Of a stretch of DNA of 64,000 bases, positions 62,268 through 64,000 are shown piece after piece (the first letter of the stretch is position 1; the number at the start of each line of letters is the position of its first letter). Source of the stretch: a bacterium (GTDB lineage: Bacteria; Sysuimicrobiota; Sysuimicrobiia; Sysuimicrobiales; Humicultoraceae). The position numbers were made by a program, and so were the translations under genes. The stretch spans positions 1,864-65,863 of the forward strand of contig JBOGSD010000004.1 of assembly GCA_050695215.1 (NCBI GenBank), in the 5' to 3' direction. The notes under the pieces are model-generated. The model did no database searches. It was not told the origin of the DNA and saw only the letters and a list, made by a program, of their open reading frames with translations.

Positions 62268-64000
62268 CGCCCGATCGCCCTCAGGCGGGGTTCCGCCCGT
62301 TTGAGCAGGACGGCATTGGTCGCGACGATCACCGAGGAGGCCGACATCAGCAGCGCCGACCACTCCGGGCGCAGCATGATGCCAAACTGCGGAAACAACA
62401 CCCCGGCGGCGATAGGGATCGCCAGCACATTGTAGATCGTCGCCCAGAACAGGTTCTGCCGCATCTTCGCGACGGTGGCGCGGGAGAGAAAGATGGCCCG
62501 CAGCACGTCGGCGGGCTCCGAACGCATCAACACGACGTCCGCGGTCTCGATGGCCACGTCGGTGCCCGCGCCGATGGCGATGCCGATGTCGGCCTGGGCC
62601 AGGGCGGGCGCGTCGTTCACCCCGTCTCCGACCATGGCCACGAACTTCCCCTCCTGCTGGAGCCGCGTCACGTACTCGGACTTCTCTTCGGGCAGCACCT
62701 CCGCGAAGACCCGCTCGATCCCCAGCTCGCGCCCCACCGCCTCCGCCGTCTGGCGGTTGTCCCCGGTGATCATGGCGACCTCGATCCCCAGCCGGCGCAG
62801 CCCCTCCACCGCCCGGACCGAACTCTCCCGTACGGGGTCGGCTGCCGCGGCCACCCCTGCGGCTCGCCCGTCCGCGGCGACGACCATCAGCGTCTTGCCT
62901 TCGCCCAGCAGGCGGTCGAGCGTCCCCTGCACCGCTGCCAGGTCAATCTGACGATCGCGCATCAGTCGCGCCGTGCCCACCACCACGCGCCGGCCATTGA
63001 CCGTCGCCTGCACACCGTGACCCGCCAGGTTCTCGAACCCGCTGACCGCAGCGTCCACCTCGACTTTTCGGCGCTCGGCCTCTTCCAGCACCGCTTTGCT
63101 CAGCGGATGGCCGGACCGGGCCTCTGCCGCGGCGGCAAGGGCGAGCACCTCATCGGGTCCGGTGCCGTCCGCGCCGACGACATCGGTGATGTGCGGCCTC
63201 CCCTCCGTCAGGGTGCCCGTCTTGTCCAGGACGACCGCGGTGATCCGCGACACACCTTCCAGCGTGGCGGCGTTCTTGATCAGGATGTTGTGGCGGGCTC
63301 CGATCCCGGTCCCCACCGCGACTGCGGTCGGGGTGGCCAGCCCCAGGGCATCGGGACAGGCGATCACGATGGCGGAGATCGCGAAGGTCAGCGCCACGAT
63401 GAGGGATTCGCCCAGGACGCCGTACCAGACGCCGAAGGTGATGATCCCTGCGCCCACGGCCAGGATCACCAGGTACTGCGCCCACCGATCGGCCAGCCGC
63501 TGCCCCGGCGCCTTGGAGGACTGCGCCGCTTCCACGAGCTTGACGATCTGAGCCAGCGCCGTTTCTTCACCGACCTTGGTCGCCTCGAACCGAATCGAGC
63601 CCGATTGGTTGATCGTCCCGCCGATCACCTGGGCACTCGGCCCTTTGGCCACGGGGATCGACTCACCCGTCACCAGCGACTCGTCGATCGCCGTCTCCCC
63701 CTCGGTGACGACCCCATCGGTGGGCACGCGGTCGCCGGGGCGCAGTTCGACAATCTCGCCGCGGCGGATCTCAACCGTAGGAACTTCGACCACTCTCCCA
63801 TCGCGCACCACCCGGGCCTTCGGCGGGACGAGGTCGAAGAGCGCCTGCAGGGCGTCCGAGGTGCCGCGGCGGGAGCGCATCTCCATCCAGTGGCCGAAGA
63901 GCACAAAGGTGACCAGCATCGCCGCGGCCTCGTAGAACGTCTCGCCGGCGTCGAGCACCGTGATGACGACGCTGAAGAGGTATGCGGCCAGCACGCCCAC
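62264..64000 (-). CDS. Heavy-metal (Cu/Zn-type) translocating P1B-type ATPase, partial (N-terminus beyond right edge)
   Basis: DKTGTLTEGRP (phosphorylation site), MITGDN, MVGDGVNDAPALAQADIGIAIG, and a TGES-type actuator region ...VTGESIPV... The ORF is open at position 64000. Confidence 0.9.
   Translation of the reverse strand: MGVLAAYLFSVVITVLDAGETFYEAAAMLVTFVLFGHWMEMRSRRGTSDALQALFDLVPPKARVVRDGRVVEVPTVEIRRGEIVELRPGDRVPTDGVVTEGETAIDESLVTGESIPVAKGPSAQVIGGTINQSGSIRFEATKVGEETALAQIVKLVEAAQSSKAPGQRLADRWAQYLVILAVGAGIITFGVWYGVLGESLIVALTFAISAIVIACPDALGLATPTAVAVGTGIGARHNILIKNAATLEGVSRITAVVLDKTGTLTEGRPHITDVVGADGTGPDEVLALAAAAEARSGHPLSKAVLEEAERRKVEVDAAVSGFENLAGHGVQATVNGRRVVVGTARLMRDRQIDLAAVQGTLDRLLGEGKTLMVVAADGRAAGVAAAADPVRESSVRAVEGLRRLGIEVAMITGDNRQTAEAVGRELGIERVFAEVLPEEKSEYVTRLQQEGKFVAMVGDGVNDAPALAQADIGIAIGAGTDVAIETADVVLMRSEPADVLRAIFLSRATVAKMRQNLFWATIYNVLAIPIAAGVLFPQFGIMLRPEWSALLMSASSVIVATNAVLLKRAEPRLRAIGR

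Overview
This is a high-GC (~68-70%) bacterial chromosomal window, probably from a thermophilic Actinobacteria- or Chloroflexi-like organism. It is densely coded with many 4-nt start/stop overlaps, and reading antisense to most real genes gives long Arg/Pro-rich artefact ORFs that I rejected.

Content from left to right:
- SppA-like S49 protease (partial, runs off the left edge), a small metallopeptidase, an ArsR regulator.
- A purine salvage/catabolism supercluster: adenine deaminase, a purine phosphoribosyltransferase, a BMP-family nucleoside ABC importer (4 genes), and xanthine-dehydrogenase-type FAD/2Fe-2S/Mo subunits with an SsnA-like aminohydrolase embedded between them. A carbamate kinase lies about 6 kb further on.
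- Three type II toxin-antitoxin pairs: RelE/Phd, MazEF and VapBC. The VapBC pair sits in a low-GC insertion inside an amino-acid ABC operon.
- A translationally coupled pair: a Zn-ribbon-fused SAM methyltransferase and a 1126-aa P-loop NTPase with a long helical-repeat region.
- A SnoaL-like protein and a blue-copper (cupredoxin) protein.
- A DHA2 MFS pump in an operon with two tandem paralogous proteins that carry only a C-terminal PEP-utilizer phosphohistidine (swivel) domain, i.e. rifampin-phosphotransferase-like proteins without the ATP-grasp domain.
- Divergent from that operon, an ABC-2 exporter with a NarL-type two-component system, preceded by a 23-nt tandem repeat that overlaps its ribosome-binding site.
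- An alkyltransferase-like (ATL) protein divergent from an 816-aa HerA/FtsK-like ATPase.
- MscL; a VOC-TetR-PNPOx cluster; a NitT/TauT ABC importer next to MenA; Crp; an M24 peptidase.
- Two convergent, overlapping HhH-GPD glycosylases (Nth and a MutY-like gene), the latter preceded by a perfect 23-bp tandem repeat.
- Ndk.
- A YhaO/YhaN (SbcCD-like) operon extended by a transglutaminase-like gene.
- An AapJQMP-type amino-acid ABC operon, a rhomboid protease, and a 105-aa secreted, membrane-anchored mini-collagen (10 Gly-X-Y triplets).
- An AIF-like flavoprotein, ComA (phosphosulfolactate synthase), MmgE/PrpD, and a P-type heavy-metal ATPase (partial, runs off the right edge).

I found no tRNA or rRNA genes, no CRISPR arrays and no transposase or integrase genes.
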